This document shows, one piece after another, positions 43,180 to 55,618 of a stretch of 64,000 bases of DNA. The translations under genes were made by a program, and so were the position numbers. The stretch spans positions 88,807 through 152,806 of the forward strand of contig CAWJSX010000003.1 in assembly GCA_963845675.1 (NCBI GenBank), given 5' to 3'. How positions within the stretch are numbered: the stretch's first letter is position 1; each line of letters starts with the position of its first letter. Below the pieces are notes generated by a model. That model had not been told where the DNA came from. It did no database searches and saw only the letters and a list, made by a program, of their open reading frames with translations. The DNA comes from an uncultured Actinomycetota bacterium. Lineage in GTDB: Bacteria; Actinomycetota; Actinomycetes; Actinomycetales; CAWJMD01.

Positions 43180-44168
43180 ATGCTGGTCGTGGCGACATGG
43201 AACGTCGAGAACCTGTTCCGTCCGGCGGCGGACGCCTCCGGCCCGACCCGCGCGGCCGCCTACGAGGCGAAGCTGGCTGCGCTGGCGGCGACGATCACCG
43301 CAGGCGGTGCCGACGTGGTGGGGCTGCAGGAGATCGGCAGCTCGGAGGCGCTGGGTGACCTGGTCGACCGGCTCCCAGGGGCGTGGACCAGCGAGCTGTC
43401 CGACGCCCCCGACGGCCGCGGCATCCGCGTCGCCTTCGTCTCCCGCCTGCCGATGACGGACCCGGTCGAGGTCGTCGACCTGCCCGACGCGCTCGCCGGG
43501 GGGCGCGTCACGGACGCGGGGGGCACGCTGACCCGGATGGGACGTGGAGCCCTGGGTGTGACCGTGACCGCGCCGGTCAGCGGCACCGAGGTCAGGCTCG
43601 TGACCTGCCACCTCAAGTCGAAGCTGCTCACGTTCCCGGGAGGCCGGTTCAGTCCCCGGGACGAGGACGAGCGTGCCCGGTTCGGCGTGTACGCCCTCAA
43701 CCGCCGTGCGGCCGAGGCCGGGGCGGTGCGCCTGCACGCGAACGACGTGCTCGACGGCCAGGGCCGCGACCGCGCGCTGGTCGTGATGGGCGACCTGAAC
43801 GACACCGTCGACGCGGCGACCACACAGCTGCTGCTCGGCCCGGGCGGGTCCGAGATCGGGACACGGGGCATGCTGCGACCTGACCGGGGCGACGGCGACC
43901 GGTTGTGGAACCTCGCGCCGATGATCCCCGAGGACCAGCGGTTCAGCCGCGTGTACCGCGGACGGGGGAGCTGATCGACCACGTGCTCGTGTCGCGCGCC
44001 CTGCTGGAGCGTGTGACCACGGTGCGGACCCGCGTCGAACCGCCGCCCGCGGCGGCGGACAGCGTCGTGCAGACCGAGGTCCCCTCCATCGGGGACAACC
44101 CTCGCGCCCGCCGGGACGCGCCGGGCTCCGACCACGCACCCGTGCTGGCCGCCCTCGACCTCGACTGA
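43180..44168 (+). pseudogene. endonuclease/exonuclease/phosphatase (EEP) family protein, one frame break
   Basis: ATG 43180 inside ORF 41908..43974: MLVVATWNVENLF..., VVGLQEIGS, VTCHLKSK, VVMGDLND. The C-terminus ELIDHVLVS...GSDHAPVLAALDLD is in ORF 43905..44168. The break lies near 43960. Confidence 0.8.
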
Positions 44169-44185
44169 CTGTCCCCGCCCGTGCC

Positions 44186-44191
44186 TAGGGT
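44186..44191 (+). promoter_or_regulatory. -10-like hexamer TAGGGT placed for a leaderless ABC-transporter transcript
   Basis: TAGGGT ends 7 nt before ATG 44199. This argues for the 44199 start rather than GTG 44181. Prediction only. Confidence 0.35.
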
Positions 44192-44198
44192 GGGCGTC

Positions 44199-46013
44199 AT
44201 GCACCCGGTCGACCGCTGGCGCGACAGCCCGGTGCGCGCGTTCTTCGCCGAGCTGCCGCGCGCGAACCGGCCGATGGCCGTCGCGTGGTGGGCGCTGCTC
44301 GTGTCCCTCGGCGTGCTCCCGGTGGTCTTCGCATTCGCGATGGGGTCCGTCGTGGGAGCGGTGCAGGACGGGCGACCGCTGACCGGGCCCCTGACCCTGA
44401 TGGGGGTCGTCTTCGTCCTCATGCAGGTGCTGTCGCCGCTGCACCAGGCCGTCGGCACGAACCTCGGCGACGCCCTTGCCTCGCGCCTCAACGACCGGTT
44501 GACGGCGGCCTGCGTCGGCCCGCCGGGGATCGCGCACCTGGAGGACCCGGACCTGACCGGCGACCTCACGGTCGCCCGCGACTTCGACCGCGGCATGACC
44601 GCCCCGCCGATGTACATCAACATGGGCTTCCTCGGCCCCGGTCTCGTGCAGGTGGTGGGTGGGACCGCCTCTGCCGTGGTGCTTCTCACCTTCGCCTGGT
44701 GGGTGCCCCTTCTCCTCGGCGGCGCTTGGGCGAGCACCCACTGGCTGCTGCGGGAGAGCACCATCTGGAGGGACCGGAACACCGACGAGGTGCGGCTCGC
44801 GCAGCGCCACGCCGACTACGCCTACCGCCTCGCCGTCGACCCCGAGCCCGCCAAGGAGCTGCGGCTGTTCGGTCTGCAGGACTGGACGATCCAGCGCTTC
44901 CGCAGTCGTCGGCGCCGGCTCTTCGAGCTGCAGCACGCGGCCACCAGGCTGCGCGAGCGGTCTGTGCTCGGCGCGGTCGCGATCCTCTGCGTCGCGACGG
45001 CCGTCGTGTTCTGGCGTCTCGCGGCCGAGACCGCCGCGGGAGCCCTGACGCTCGAGCAGCTGGTCGTCTTCGCCCAGCTCGCCATCGGCGTCCCGATGGT
45101 CGCGGCAGGAGGGTGGAGCTGGGCCCTGGACGAGGCCAGCGCGCCGGTTGCCGCCGTCGGGAAGCTGGAGCGGGCGATGGCAGGAGCCGGTGCGCTCCCT
45201 TTGGGGACCCGTCAGGCTCCTGCCCCGCACGGCGGTCACGAGGTGCGCCTGCGGGACGTGACGTTCTCCTATCCCCGCACGGAGCGACGGGTGTACGACG
45301 GCCTCGACCTCGTGGTCCCCGCGGGGCGCTCGCTCGCGATCGTGGGGCAGAACGGAGCAGGCAAGACCACGCTGGCCAAGCTGCTGTGCCGCCTGTACGA
45401 CCCCACCTCGGGAACGATCGAGGTCGACGGCATCGACCTGCGCACCGTCGACCTCGACGCCTGGCGCGCCCAGGTGACCGCGGTCTTCCAGGACTTCGTG
45501 CGGTTCGAGCTGTCGCTGCGCGAGAACGTCGACCCCGGCGGAACGGCTCCCGACGACGTGGTGCGTGCCGCTCTCGCCGAGGCCGGCGCCGAGGACCTCG
45601 CAGATCTCGACACCCCGCTCGCGAAGGGCTACCGGGGCGGCACGGACCTCTCGGGCGGGCAGTGGCAGCGCGTCGCGCTCGCACGTGCCCTGTGCGCGGT
45701 GCGGATGGGAGCCGGGCTCGTGCTGCTCGACGAGCCGACCGCCCAGCTCGACGTCCGCGGCGAGGCGGAGATCTTCGAGCGGGTGCTGGACGCGACACGC
45801 GGCACGACGACCATCCTCATCTCCCACCGGTTCTCGACGGTCCGGCACGCCGACCGCATCGCCGTGCTGGAGCAGGGCCGGGTGGTCGAACAGGGCAGCC
45901 ACGACGAGCTGATGGCGGCCGGCGGGCGGTACCGGGAGATGTTCACGCTGCAGGCAAGCCGGTTCGACGTCCTCGTGGACGAGGAGGGGGTCGGCTATGA
46001 CGCCCTCACGTGA
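44199..46013 (+). CDS. ABC exporter, fused permease/ATPase (half-transporter 1)
   Basis: ORF 44181..46013, intact. It has six-TM region signatures followed by an NBD: Walker A GQNGAGKTTL, signature LSGGQWQRVALARAL, Walker B LVLLDEPTAQLD, H-loop ILISHR. Confidence 0.85.
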   Translation: MHPVDRWRDSPVRAFFAELPRANRPMAVAWWALLVSLGVLPVVFAFAMGSVVGAVQDGRPLTGPLTLMGVVFVLMQVLSPLHQAVGTNLGDALASRLNDRLTAACVGPPGIAHLEDPDLTGDLTVARDFDRGMTAPPMYINMGFLGPGLVQVVGGTASAVVLLTFAWWVPLLLGGAWASTHWLLRESTIWRDRNTDEVRLAQRHADYAYRLAVDPEPAKELRLFGLQDWTIQRFRSRRRRLFELQHAATRLRERSVLGAVAILCVATAVVFWRLAAETAAGALTLEQLVVFAQLAIGVPMVAAGGWSWALDEASAPVAAVGKLERAMAGAGALPLGTRQAPAPHGGHEVRLRDVTFSYPRTERRVYDGLDLVVPAGRSLAIVGQNGAGKTTLAKLLCRLYDPTSGTIEVDGIDLRTVDLDAWRAQVTAVFQDFVRFELSLRENVDPGGTAPDDVVRAALAEAGAEDLADLDTPLAKGYRGGTDLSGGQWQRVALARALCAVRMGAGLVLLDEPTAQLDVRGEAEIFERVLDATRGTTTILISHRFSTVRHADRIAVLEQGRVVEQGSHDELMAAGGRYREMFTLQASRFDVLVDEEGVGYDALT

Positions 46014-47815
46014 CGCCGCTGCCGTCCCCGAGGCCCCCGAGGACCTCCCGCCCCCGCTCGCGTCGATGTGGCGGCTGTTCCGGCTCGGCTACACCCACGA
46101 GCCGGCGTTGATCGTCGTGGCCCTGGTGCTCGCGATGGTGGCGGCGGTTCCCGACGCCCTGATCGCCCTCTGCCTGAAGTTCCTCGCCGACGGGGCCGTG
46201 GCCGGGAACGCGCGGACGGTGCTTCTGGCCGCGCTCGCGATGGCCGCCGCCGTGGTGCTGACGTGGCTGCTGTCGATCGTGTCCAGCCGCGTGACGCGGC
46301 GGTTCCGCGACAAGGTGACCATCGCGCTGGAGACGCACGTGGCGGGGCTGCAGGCCGGTGTCTGGAGCATCGAGCACCACGAGCGCCGTGACCACCTGGA
46401 CCGGCTCTCGGTGCTGCGCCACCAGATCTTCGTGCTCGACCACATGTACATGTCCGTCTTCTCCACGTGCGGCTGGGTGCTGCGGCTGGTGGTCACGGTG
46501 GCGCTGCTGGTGTCGGTCGACCCCCTGCTGGCGCTGCTCGTCGTCTTCGCGCTGCCGACCGTGCTCAGCGCCTCGTGGCGCCCCGCGGTCGAGCGGCGGG
46601 TCGAGGAGGCGACCGCCCAGCACCGTCGCCTCTCGACGCACCTGTTCGCCACGGCGACGACCGCGGCGGCGGGCAAGGAGGTACGGGTCACGGGGATCGG
46701 GCCGTCCCTGGTGGCGCAGCGTCGCGCCGAGCAGCGCCGGTGGTTCGGGCCGGTCTCCCGCGCGCGCTGGGGGACAGCGGTCTGGGAGATGGCCGGTTGG
46801 GCGGTCTTCGGGCTCTCGTACGTGGCCGCCGTGGTGTTCGTCGCCACCGGCATCGACGGGTCCGCGGGCGACGTGCTGCTGATCCTGGCCGCGGGGTCGC
46901 GGCTCTCGGCCTACATCGGGGCGACGATGTCGGAGATCGGCTTCCTGCGCGGTATCTGGCTCGACGGGTCCCGCCGGCTCGTGTGGCTGGAGCGGTACGC
47001 CGCCGCGATGACGGTCGACGCCGACCAGCCGGCCCCCGACCGGCTCGAGCGAGGGATCCGCCTCGACCACGTGTCGTTCCGGTACCCAGGCAGCGACCGG
47101 CTGGTGCTGGACGACGTGAGCCTCGACCTGCCGGCCGGTTCCGTCGTCGCGGTCGTGGGCGAGAACGGCGCCGGCAAGTCCACGCTGGTCAAGCTGCTCT
47201 GCAAGATGTACGAGCCGTCCGGCGGGCAGGTCCTCGTCGACGGCGAGCCCCTCTCGCGCATCGACACCGACCGGTGGCGTGAGCGCGTCGCCGGTGCCCT
47301 CCAGGACTTCTACCGGTTCGAGCTGCCGGCGCGGACCAGCGTCGGCGTGGGTGACCTTCCACGAGCCGACGACGAGGCGGCCGTTCTCGCCGCGGTCGGC
47401 CGAGCCGGCGCGGACGACGTCGTGCAGCGGCTGGAGCACGGGCTCGACACCCAGCTCGGGCCCGGTGTGGCCCGGGGGCGTCGACGTCAGCTTCGGCCAG
47501 TGGCAGAAGCTGAGCCTGGCCCGCGGCTTCATGCGCGACGGGCCGCTGCTGCTGGTGCTCGACGAGCCGACCGCCGCCCTCGACGCCCAGACCGAGCACG
47601 ACCTCTTCGAGCGCTTCGCTGCCGCATCGCGCGCCGGGACGGCCGGAGGCGTCACGGTCCTCGTCTCGCACCGCTTCAGCACGGTGCGCATGGCCGACCT
47701 CATCGTCGTGCTCGACGGTGCCCGTCTGGTCGAGGTCGGCACCCACGCCGAGCTGATGGCCGCACGCGGCCAGTACGCGCACCTGTACGGCACGCAGGCG
47801 TCCGCCTACCGGTAG
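45997..47815 (+). pseudogene. ABC exporter, fused permease/ATPase (half-transporter 2), one frame break
   Basis: ATG 45997 overlaps the end of the upstream gene. TMD and Walker A GENGAGKSTL are in ORF 45997..50379. The signature FGQWQKLSLARGF, Walker B LLLVLDEPTAALD and VLVSHR are in ORF 47279..47815. The junction ...GLDTQLGP / VWPGGVDVS lies near 47465. Confidence 0.85.
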
Positions 47816-50373
47816 GGGCCCACGTCCACGAGCCGCACCACGGCGGTGCCGGCCTCGTCGCTCGCGTCGAGGTCGACCTCGGCGATGATCGCCCAGTCAC
47901 GGTCTCCGTCGGGGTCGTCGAGGACCTGACGGACCGTCCACACGCGCTGGGGCGCCGTGGCCTCGGTGACGTGCAGCAGCGCCGGCCCGCGGGCGTCGGC
48001 ACCCGTCCCGAGGGAGTCGTACTCGGCCCAGTAGCCCCCCATCGCCCCGGCCCAGGCCGTCGCGTCCCAGCCGGCGGCGGCGTCCAGCGCGCCGAGGTCG
48101 GCGTAGCGGTAGAGCGCGGCGAGCTCGACCCGCCGGAACAGCGCGTTGCGCACCATCGCCCGGAACGCCCGGGTGTTGGCCGTGAGCGGGCGCGGGGTCG
48201 AGGGCTCCGGCCGCCCGACCTCGCCGGTGGCGGGGTCCGGGTGGGTGAGCTCCTCCCACTCGTCCAGCAGGCTGGAGTCGGTCTGGCGCACCAGCTCCCC
48301 CAGCCACTCGACGATGTCGTCGACCTGCTGCGTCCGGGCTGCCGCCGGCACGCCGGAGCGCAGCGCGCGGTATGCGTCCGTGAGGTACCGCAGCAGCAGG
48401 CCCTCGGAGCGCGACAGCCCCAGGTCCGAGACCATCTCGGTGAAGGTCATCGCCTGCTCCCACATCGCCCGCACCACGGACTTCGGCGAGAGCTGGTGGT
48501 CGGCCACCCAGGGGTGTCCCTGCCGGTAGGTCTCGTACGCCGCCTCGAGCAGCTCGGCCAGCGGGCGCGGGTGCGTGACCTCCTCGAGCAGCTCCATCCG
48601 CTCCTCGTACTCGATCCCGTCCGCCTTCATCGCGGCGACCGCCTCGCCCCGGGCCCGGAACTGCTGCGCGGACAGCACCTGGCGCGGGTCCTCCAGGGTG
48701 GACTCGATCACGGACACCACGTCGAGGGCGTAGGCGTCCGGACCGTCCGGCGTCTCGGGGTCGAGGAGCTCGATCGCGGCGAGGGCGAACGTCGAGAGGG
48801 GTTGGTTCAGAGCGAAGTTCGCCGGGACGTCGACGGTCAGACGCACGGTGCGGCCGCTCTCGTCCGGGACCGGCAGCCTCTCCACCACACCGGCCGCCAG
48901 CAACGCCCGGTAGGCACGGACCGCCTCCTTGACGTGCCTGCCGCGGCGTCCCGGGGGCTCGTGGTTGTCGGTGAGGAGCCGGCGCATCGCGGCGAACGCG
49001 TCACCGGGCCGGGCCACGACGTTGAGCAGCATCGCGTGGCTGACCCTGAAGTGGCTCGTCAGCGGCTCGGGAGCGGAGGCGACCAGCCGGTCGTGGGTGG
49101 ACGAGGACCAGGAGACGAACCCGTCGGGCGGCGACTTGCGCTGCACCTTGCGCCGCTTCTTCGGGTCGTCGCCGGCCTTGGCCAGCGCCTTGAGGTTCTC
49201 CACCTCGTGGTCGGGCGCCTGCACCACGACGGTGCCCGCGGTGTCGTAGCCGGCTCTCCCGGCGCGCCCCGCCACCTGGTGGAACTCGCGGGCCTTGAGG
49301 TGCCGCTGACGGACGCCGTCGTACTTGCTGAGGGACGTCAGCAGCACCGTGCGGATCGGCACGTTGATGCCGACCCCGAGCGTGTCGGTGCCGCACACCA
49401 CCTTGAGCAGTCCCGCCTGCGCGAGCTGCTCCACCAGCCGCCGGTACTTCGGCAGCATGCCGGCGTGGTGGACGCCGATCCCGTGCCGCACGAGGCGCGA
49501 GAGGGTCTTGCCGAAGCCGGTGCCGAACCGGAAGTCGCCGATGGCGTCCGCGATCGCGTCCTTCTCCTCGCGCGTGCAGACGTTGACGCTCATCAGGGCC
49601 TGTGCGCGCTCGATCGCCGCGACCTGCGTGAAGTGGACCACGTAGATGGGGGCCTGCCGCGTGTCGAGCAGGTCGGCGATCGTCTCGTGCACCGGCGTGG
49701 TCGCGTAGTAGTGGTGCAGCGGAACGGGTCTCGCCACCGACGTGACCTTCGCGGTCGGGCGTCCGGTCCGGCGGGTGAGGTCGTGCGCGAAGAAGTCGAC
49801 GTCCCCGAGGGTCGCCGACATCAGCACGAACTGGGCCTGAGGCAGCTCCAGCAGCGGCACCTGCCACGCCCAGCCGCGGTCCGGCTCGCCGTAGAAGTGG
49901 AACTCGTCCATCACGACCTGGCCGATGTCGGCGGCGTCCCCCTCGCGCAGCGCCTGGTTCGCGAGCACCTCCGCCGTGCAGCAGATGATCGGTGCGCCGG
50001 GGTTCACCGCGGCGTCGCCGGTGAGCATGCCGACGCGGGCGGCGCCGAACACGTCGATGAGCGCGAAGAACTTCTCGCTGACCAGGGCCTTGATCGGGGC
50101 GGTGTAGTAGGTGCGGCGTCCGTCCGCGAGCGCCGCGAGGTGGGCCGCGAGGGCGATCAGGGACTTCCCCGAGCCCGTGGGCGTCGAGACGATCACGTTG
50201 GCGCCGGTGACGATCTCGAGCAGCGCCTCCTCCTGGGCGGGGTACAGCGTCAGGCCCTGCCGGTCGGTCCAGGCGGTGAAGACGTCGACGACGTTCTCGG
50301 GCGTGAGGTCGCTGGTGTCGAGGCGCCGGGTGGAGGTGGTCGACCCGGCGCTCGTGCTGGTGGGAGGCATCAC
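47806..50373 (-). CDS. DEAD/DEAH-box helicase with DUF3516-type C-terminal region (Ski2/HelY-related)
   Basis: Intact 855-aa ORF. Motif I STPTGSGKS, motif II DEFHFY, motif III SAT, motif VI QVAGRAGRAG, then a long helical C-terminal extension. Confidence 0.9.
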   Translation of the reverse strand: MMPPTSTSAGSTTSTRRLDTSDLTPENVVDVFTAWTDRQGLTLYPAQEEALLEIVTGANVIVSTPTGSGKSLIALAAHLAALADGRRTYYTAPIKALVSEKFFALIDVFGAARVGMLTGDAAVNPGAPIICCTAEVLANQALREGDAADIGQVVMDEFHFYGEPDRGWAWQVPLLELPQAQFVLMSATLGDVDFFAHDLTRRTGRPTAKVTSVARPVPLHHYYATTPVHETIADLLDTRQAPIYVVHFTQVAAIERAQALMSVNVCTREEKDAIADAIGDFRFGTGFGKTLSRLVRHGIGVHHAGMLPKYRRLVEQLAQAGLLKVVCGTDTLGVGINVPIRTVLLTSLSKYDGVRQRHLKAREFHQVAGRAGRAGYDTAGTVVVQAPDHEVENLKALAKAGDDPKKRRKVQRKSPPDGFVSWSSSTHDRLVASAPEPLTSHFRVSHAMLLNVVARPGDAFAAMRRLLTDNHEPPGRRGRHVKEAVRAYRALLAAGVVERLPVPDESGRTVRLTVDVPANFALNQPLSTFALAAIELLDPETPDGPDAYALDVVSVIESTLEDPRQVLSAQQFRARGEAVAAMKADGIEYEERMELLEEVTHPRPLAELLEAAYETYRQGHPWVADHQLSPKSVVRAMWEQAMTFTEMVSDLGLSRSEGLLLRYLTDAYRALRSGVPAAARTQQVDDIVEWLGELVRQTDSSLLDEWEELTHPDPATGEVGRPEPSTPRPLTANTRAFRAMVRNALFRRVELAALYRYADLGALDAAAGWDATAWAGAMGGYWAEYDSLGTGADARGPALLHVTEATAPQRVWTVRQVLDDPDGDRDWAIIAEVDLDASDEAGTAVVRLVDVGPYR

Positions 50374-50425
50374 CGGTGAGTCTGGCAGGGGTGACAGGCG
50401 CGCCCCGCCATCCCATACTCGGCGG

Positions 50426-50918
50426 ATGCGCAGACGGCCGACGGGGACGTCCAGTGCTTCGCCGGGCGGCAGCCGGCCTGGTCCTGGTCGGCGCCCTCGG
50501 GCTCACGGCCGGGTCGGCGGTGGCGGCGCCGCCCGCCGTCGGGGCAGTTCATCCCCGTGGAGGCCACCCTCCGGCATACGTGATCTACGGGGGACAGGTG
50601 GTCGGCAACCTCTCGGGTCCGGTCGCCGACGCGACGGTGGTCCTCACCGAGGACGGTGCGTTGATCACCGGCATCGACCTGTTGGACGTCGACGCGGTGA
50701 ACCTGGCGGGCGAACCCGTGGACCTCGAGCGCCGGATGCGCAACGGGTGGACCGTCGACATCAGCGACCCCGTGGTGGAGACGACCCCGTCACCCACGGC
50801 ACGGCGCCGGCTCCGTCCACGTCCACGGGCTGGTCACCCTCGGTGTGGCGCTGCGGCGACGGGCGGCGCGCGGCCGTTCCTGATCGTGGCAGGCTCGGCG
50901 TCCCCCTCGGAAAGGTGA
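50426..50918 (+). pseudogene. hypothetical secreted protein (weak call; probable frame break near the signal peptide)
   Basis: ATG 50426 (MRRRPTG...) is in one frame. The signal-peptide-like LRRAAAGLVLVGALGLTAGSAVAAPPA and the rest are in ORF 50376..50918. No family recognised, and both ends are uncertain. Confidence 0.3.
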
Positions 50919-50922
50919 CCCG

Positions 50923-51348
50923 ATGCCCAAGCCCCCGCTCCCCGATGACGTCGCGGAGCTCCTGCGCCGGCCGAACCCGGCGGTCGTCGCCGTCCTGATG
51001 CCGAGCGGCGACCCGATGTCGGTGGCGACCTGGTACCTCGTCGAGGACGACGGACGCATCCTGCTGAACATGGACGCGCAGCCGCGCCCGTGTCGACTGG
51101 ATGCGCGAGCGGCCGCAGGTCGCGCTGACCGCCTTCAAGGACGGGGAGTGGTACACGCACGTCAGCGTCCGCGGGACCGTCGTCGGCGTGGGACGGACGA
51201 CGAGACGCGTGCGCTGGCCGACATCGACCGGCTGTCGACGCACTACACCGGCAACCCGTACCGGGTGCGCGACCGCGCACGAATCAGCGCGTGGATGCAG
51301 GTCGAGCACTGGCACGGCTGGGGCGAGGCGAAGGCGTCCGACGCGTAG
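50923..51348 (+). pseudogene. PPOX-class (pyridoxamine 5-prime-phosphate oxidase-like) probable F420-dependent enzyme, two frame breaks
   Basis: ORF 50923..51348: LPDDVAELLRRPNPAVVAVLMPSGDPMSVATWYLVEDDGRILLNMDA ... ALADIDRLSTHYTGNPY. The middle segment (MRERPQVALTAFKDGEWYTHVSVRGTVVGV) is in ORF 51101... Breaks lie near 51085 and 51195. Confidence 0.65.
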
Positions 51349-51368
51349 CCTCCCGTCCCACCCCGTTT

Positions 51369-51417
51369 GGGCGTGTTCTCGGGGCCCCAAATGCGCCGGG
51401 ACACCGGGAACACGCCC
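51369..51417 (+). terminator. hairpin with perfect 10-bp stem (GGGCGTGTTC ... GAACACGCCC) downstream of the PPOX gene
   Basis: Arms at 51369..51378 and 51408..51417 are exact reverse complements. The 29-nt interior holds a GGGGCCCC palindrome. It lies 20 nt after the TAG at 51346..51348 in a comparatively AT-richer 177-bp spacer. There is no clear U-tract. Confidence 0.35.
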
Positions 51418-51525
51418 CTTCGCGCCCGGTTTGAGATGTCGATCTGACCGATTCGTAGACCCCTCGTGTGAGCCTGGGTACGTTGGCAGGCGCTCCGTTC
51501 CCCCCAATGTGACAAAGGAGTCGCA

Positions 51526-53134
<1,609 letters not shown>

Positions 53135-53243
53135 GTCTCACGTAGGGACTGAGCTCCACCCAGGGTCCGGGACCCCAGGCCGCGCAAGCGGTCTGGGGTC
53201 CCGTTCTCGTTCCCTGGGCCATCTCGCGGGCTACCTCGATGGG

Positions 53244-54507
53244 CTATCTCGCGAGGACGCGGATCTCGTCCTCGATGGCGCCGGCCAACGCGCACCGCGT
53301 CCACGGTCAGCGCAGAGTCGACAGCGACACCCACCGTCACGGTGCCGGCGTAGCTGAACAGGCTGATCCCCAGGCCGATCCGGCCGATCTGCGGGACCCA
53401 GAAGACGACGTCGTCGACACGGCAGCCCGCCAGGCTGAGCGGTCGGCGGGGACCGGGGACGTTCGTCACCACGAGGCTGGCGCTCTCCTCCAGAAGCCGG
53501 ACGGCTGCCCAGCGCCCGGCGGCCGGCAGCGCGCCGACGACACGCAGCAGGGTGAACGTCGCGCCGGCCTGCGCCGAGCCCTTGAGCGCCTGCGTCCTGG
53601 CGGCCACAGCCTGGAGCCTGGCCGCGGGGTCGGGTTCGCCGACCGGCAACTCGACGAAGACGACGCCGAAGCGGTTGCCCAGGTTCGCCGGGACGGGCGA
53701 TCCGCCGCGCAGGTCGACCGGCACGATGGCCCTCAGGTCGTCCACGGCGCCCCCGACATGGAGCAGGTGCGTGCGGAGCCCGCCCGCCGTCGCCGCGAGC
53801 AGCACGTCGTTGATGCTGACGCCTCGCGCCCTCGAGACCTCCCGCACGTCGTCCAGGTCGTGCGGGCGCGTCCACGCCAGCGTCTTGGCGGTCTGCAGCG
53901 GCCCGCGCAGCGACGTGGACGGCTCGCCGACCGTGGCCGCGAGGCGAGTGGTCGTCGAGACGACGGACGCGGCCACGCGAGCAGCAGTCGCGACTCGACC
54001 TGTCGCGGTCGCGGGGGCGCGTGCCGGCCCGGGGGCCGGTGGCATCTCGTCCGCGAGGCTGAGGAAGACCCGCGCGAGGGCCATCCCGTCCGCGATGCTG
54101 TGGTGGAAGCGGGCCACCAGGGCGCTGCCTCCGCCGTCCAGGCGGGCGAGGTGGATCTGCCACCGGGGGCGGACTGCGTCGAGGGGGGTGGACACCAGGT
54201 GGCTCGCCAGGCGCTGCAGCGCCGCGGCGTCCGCGACGGTGGCCGTGACCTCGACGACGTGCGAGCTCAGGTCGAAGGCGTCGTCGGCGCGCCACCTCGG
54301 CCCGAGAAGTGGGAACCGCGAGGCGCTCGGACGGTGCCGGAGCCGCGGGTGCCGCTCGACGATGCGTTCTCGTACCAGTTCGCGCAGCACGTCGATGTCG
54401 AGCCACCCCGAGAGCTGCAGCACGGCGACGACGACGACACGGTTCTCCGGTTGCTCCACCCCGATCCAGGCGGCGTCACCGAAGGCCATCCGCTGGGACC
54501 GGTTCAC
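53244..54507 (-). pseudogene. WS/DGAT-family acyltransferase (second copy), frame break near the 3-prime end
   Basis: Inside ORF 53068..55077. Start is GTG 54507 or ATG 54489. It has the canonical active site ARFHHSIADGMAL and LVVTNVPGPRRPL. After ...ALTVDAVR a shift near 53285 gives ...AIEDEIRVLAR* with the stop at 53244..53246. Confidence 0.8.
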
Positions 54508-54597
54508 CGGCCCATCCTGCACCGCCCGCGCCGACGATCCGCCGGTTCGGGACTTCCGACCCGTGCCGGGTCCCCGTCCCGTACCTAGCCTGCACAG

Positions 54598-55558
54598 ATG
54601 CCGGCCGACCGTGACACCTCCCGCGTGCCCTCTCCCGCCCCCGACGGGGCGATGGAGCTCGACGAGATCTCGGAGCTGCGCAGGTCGCTCGAGCTGGTCA
54701 CCCCCGAGGACGCCGCGGACGGCGACGCGCAGCCGAAGGCCGTGCCCCCCTGGCGGATGGGCTACCCGTACGCGAAGAAGCTGCCCCGCGCCGAGTACGA
54801 GCAGACCAAGCGCGCGCTGCAGATCGAGCTGCTCAAGCTGCAGCTGTGGGTCAAGGACACCGGCCAGCGGCTTCTGCTGGTCTTCGAGGGACGTGACGCC
54901 GCGGGCAAGGGCGGCGTGATCAAGCGGTTCACCGAGCACATGAACCCCCGTGGCGCACGGGTCGTCGCGCTGGAGATCCCGACCGACCGCGAGCGCACGC
55001 AGTGGTACTTCCAGCGGTACGTCGAACCACCTGCCGGCGGCCGGCGAGATCGTCATGTTCGACCGGTCCTGGTACAACCGCGCCGGCGTGGAGCGGGTGA
55101 TGGGCTTCTGCTCGCCGGGGGACTACCTGGAGTTCATGCGCGAGTGCCCCGAGTTCGAGCGCATGCTGGTCAACTCCGGCATCGACCTGAGCAAGCTGTG
55201 GTTCTCGGTCGGACGCCAGGAGCAGGCGCGCCGGTTCGCCGCCCGCCGCACCGACCCCGTGCGGCAGTGGAAGCTGTCGCCGACCGACCTCGCCAGCCTC
55301 GACAAGTGGGATGCGTACACCGAGGCCAAGGAGGCCATGTTCTTCTACACCGACACGCGTGACGCCCCGTGGACGGTGATCAAGTCCAACGACAAGAAGC
55401 GCGCCCGCCTCGAGGCGATGCGAGTGCTGCTGTCGCGGTTCGACTACCCGTCGAAGGACCACGACGTGGTCGGCAGACCCGACCCGCTCATCGTCGGCCC
55501 GGCGGCGCGCGTCTTCGAGACCGACGAGAACCCGCACCCGCTGTTCCCGACGCTCTGA
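54598..55558 (+). pseudogene. ppk2: polyphosphate kinase 2 (PPK2), one frame break
   Basis: ORF 54598..55362: Walker A FEGRDAAGKGGVIKR, then RERTQWYFQRYV. The continuation HLPAAGEIVMFDRSWYNRAGVERVMGF...WKLSPTDL...APWTVIKSNDKKRARL is in ORF 54950..55558. The break lies near 55025. Confidence 0.85.
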
Positions 55559-55618
55559 CCCGGCGACCGGGCGCCACGGCGACGGATGCTTGGATGACCG
55601 TCGACGAGGAGGCGGTCG

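Noticed and set aside
45997-50379. 1460-aa plus-strand ORF
   Set aside because: Only the first 490 or so codons are real (ABC exporter 2, before its frame break). The remainder is out-of-frame read-through followed by the antisense of the intact helicase gene.
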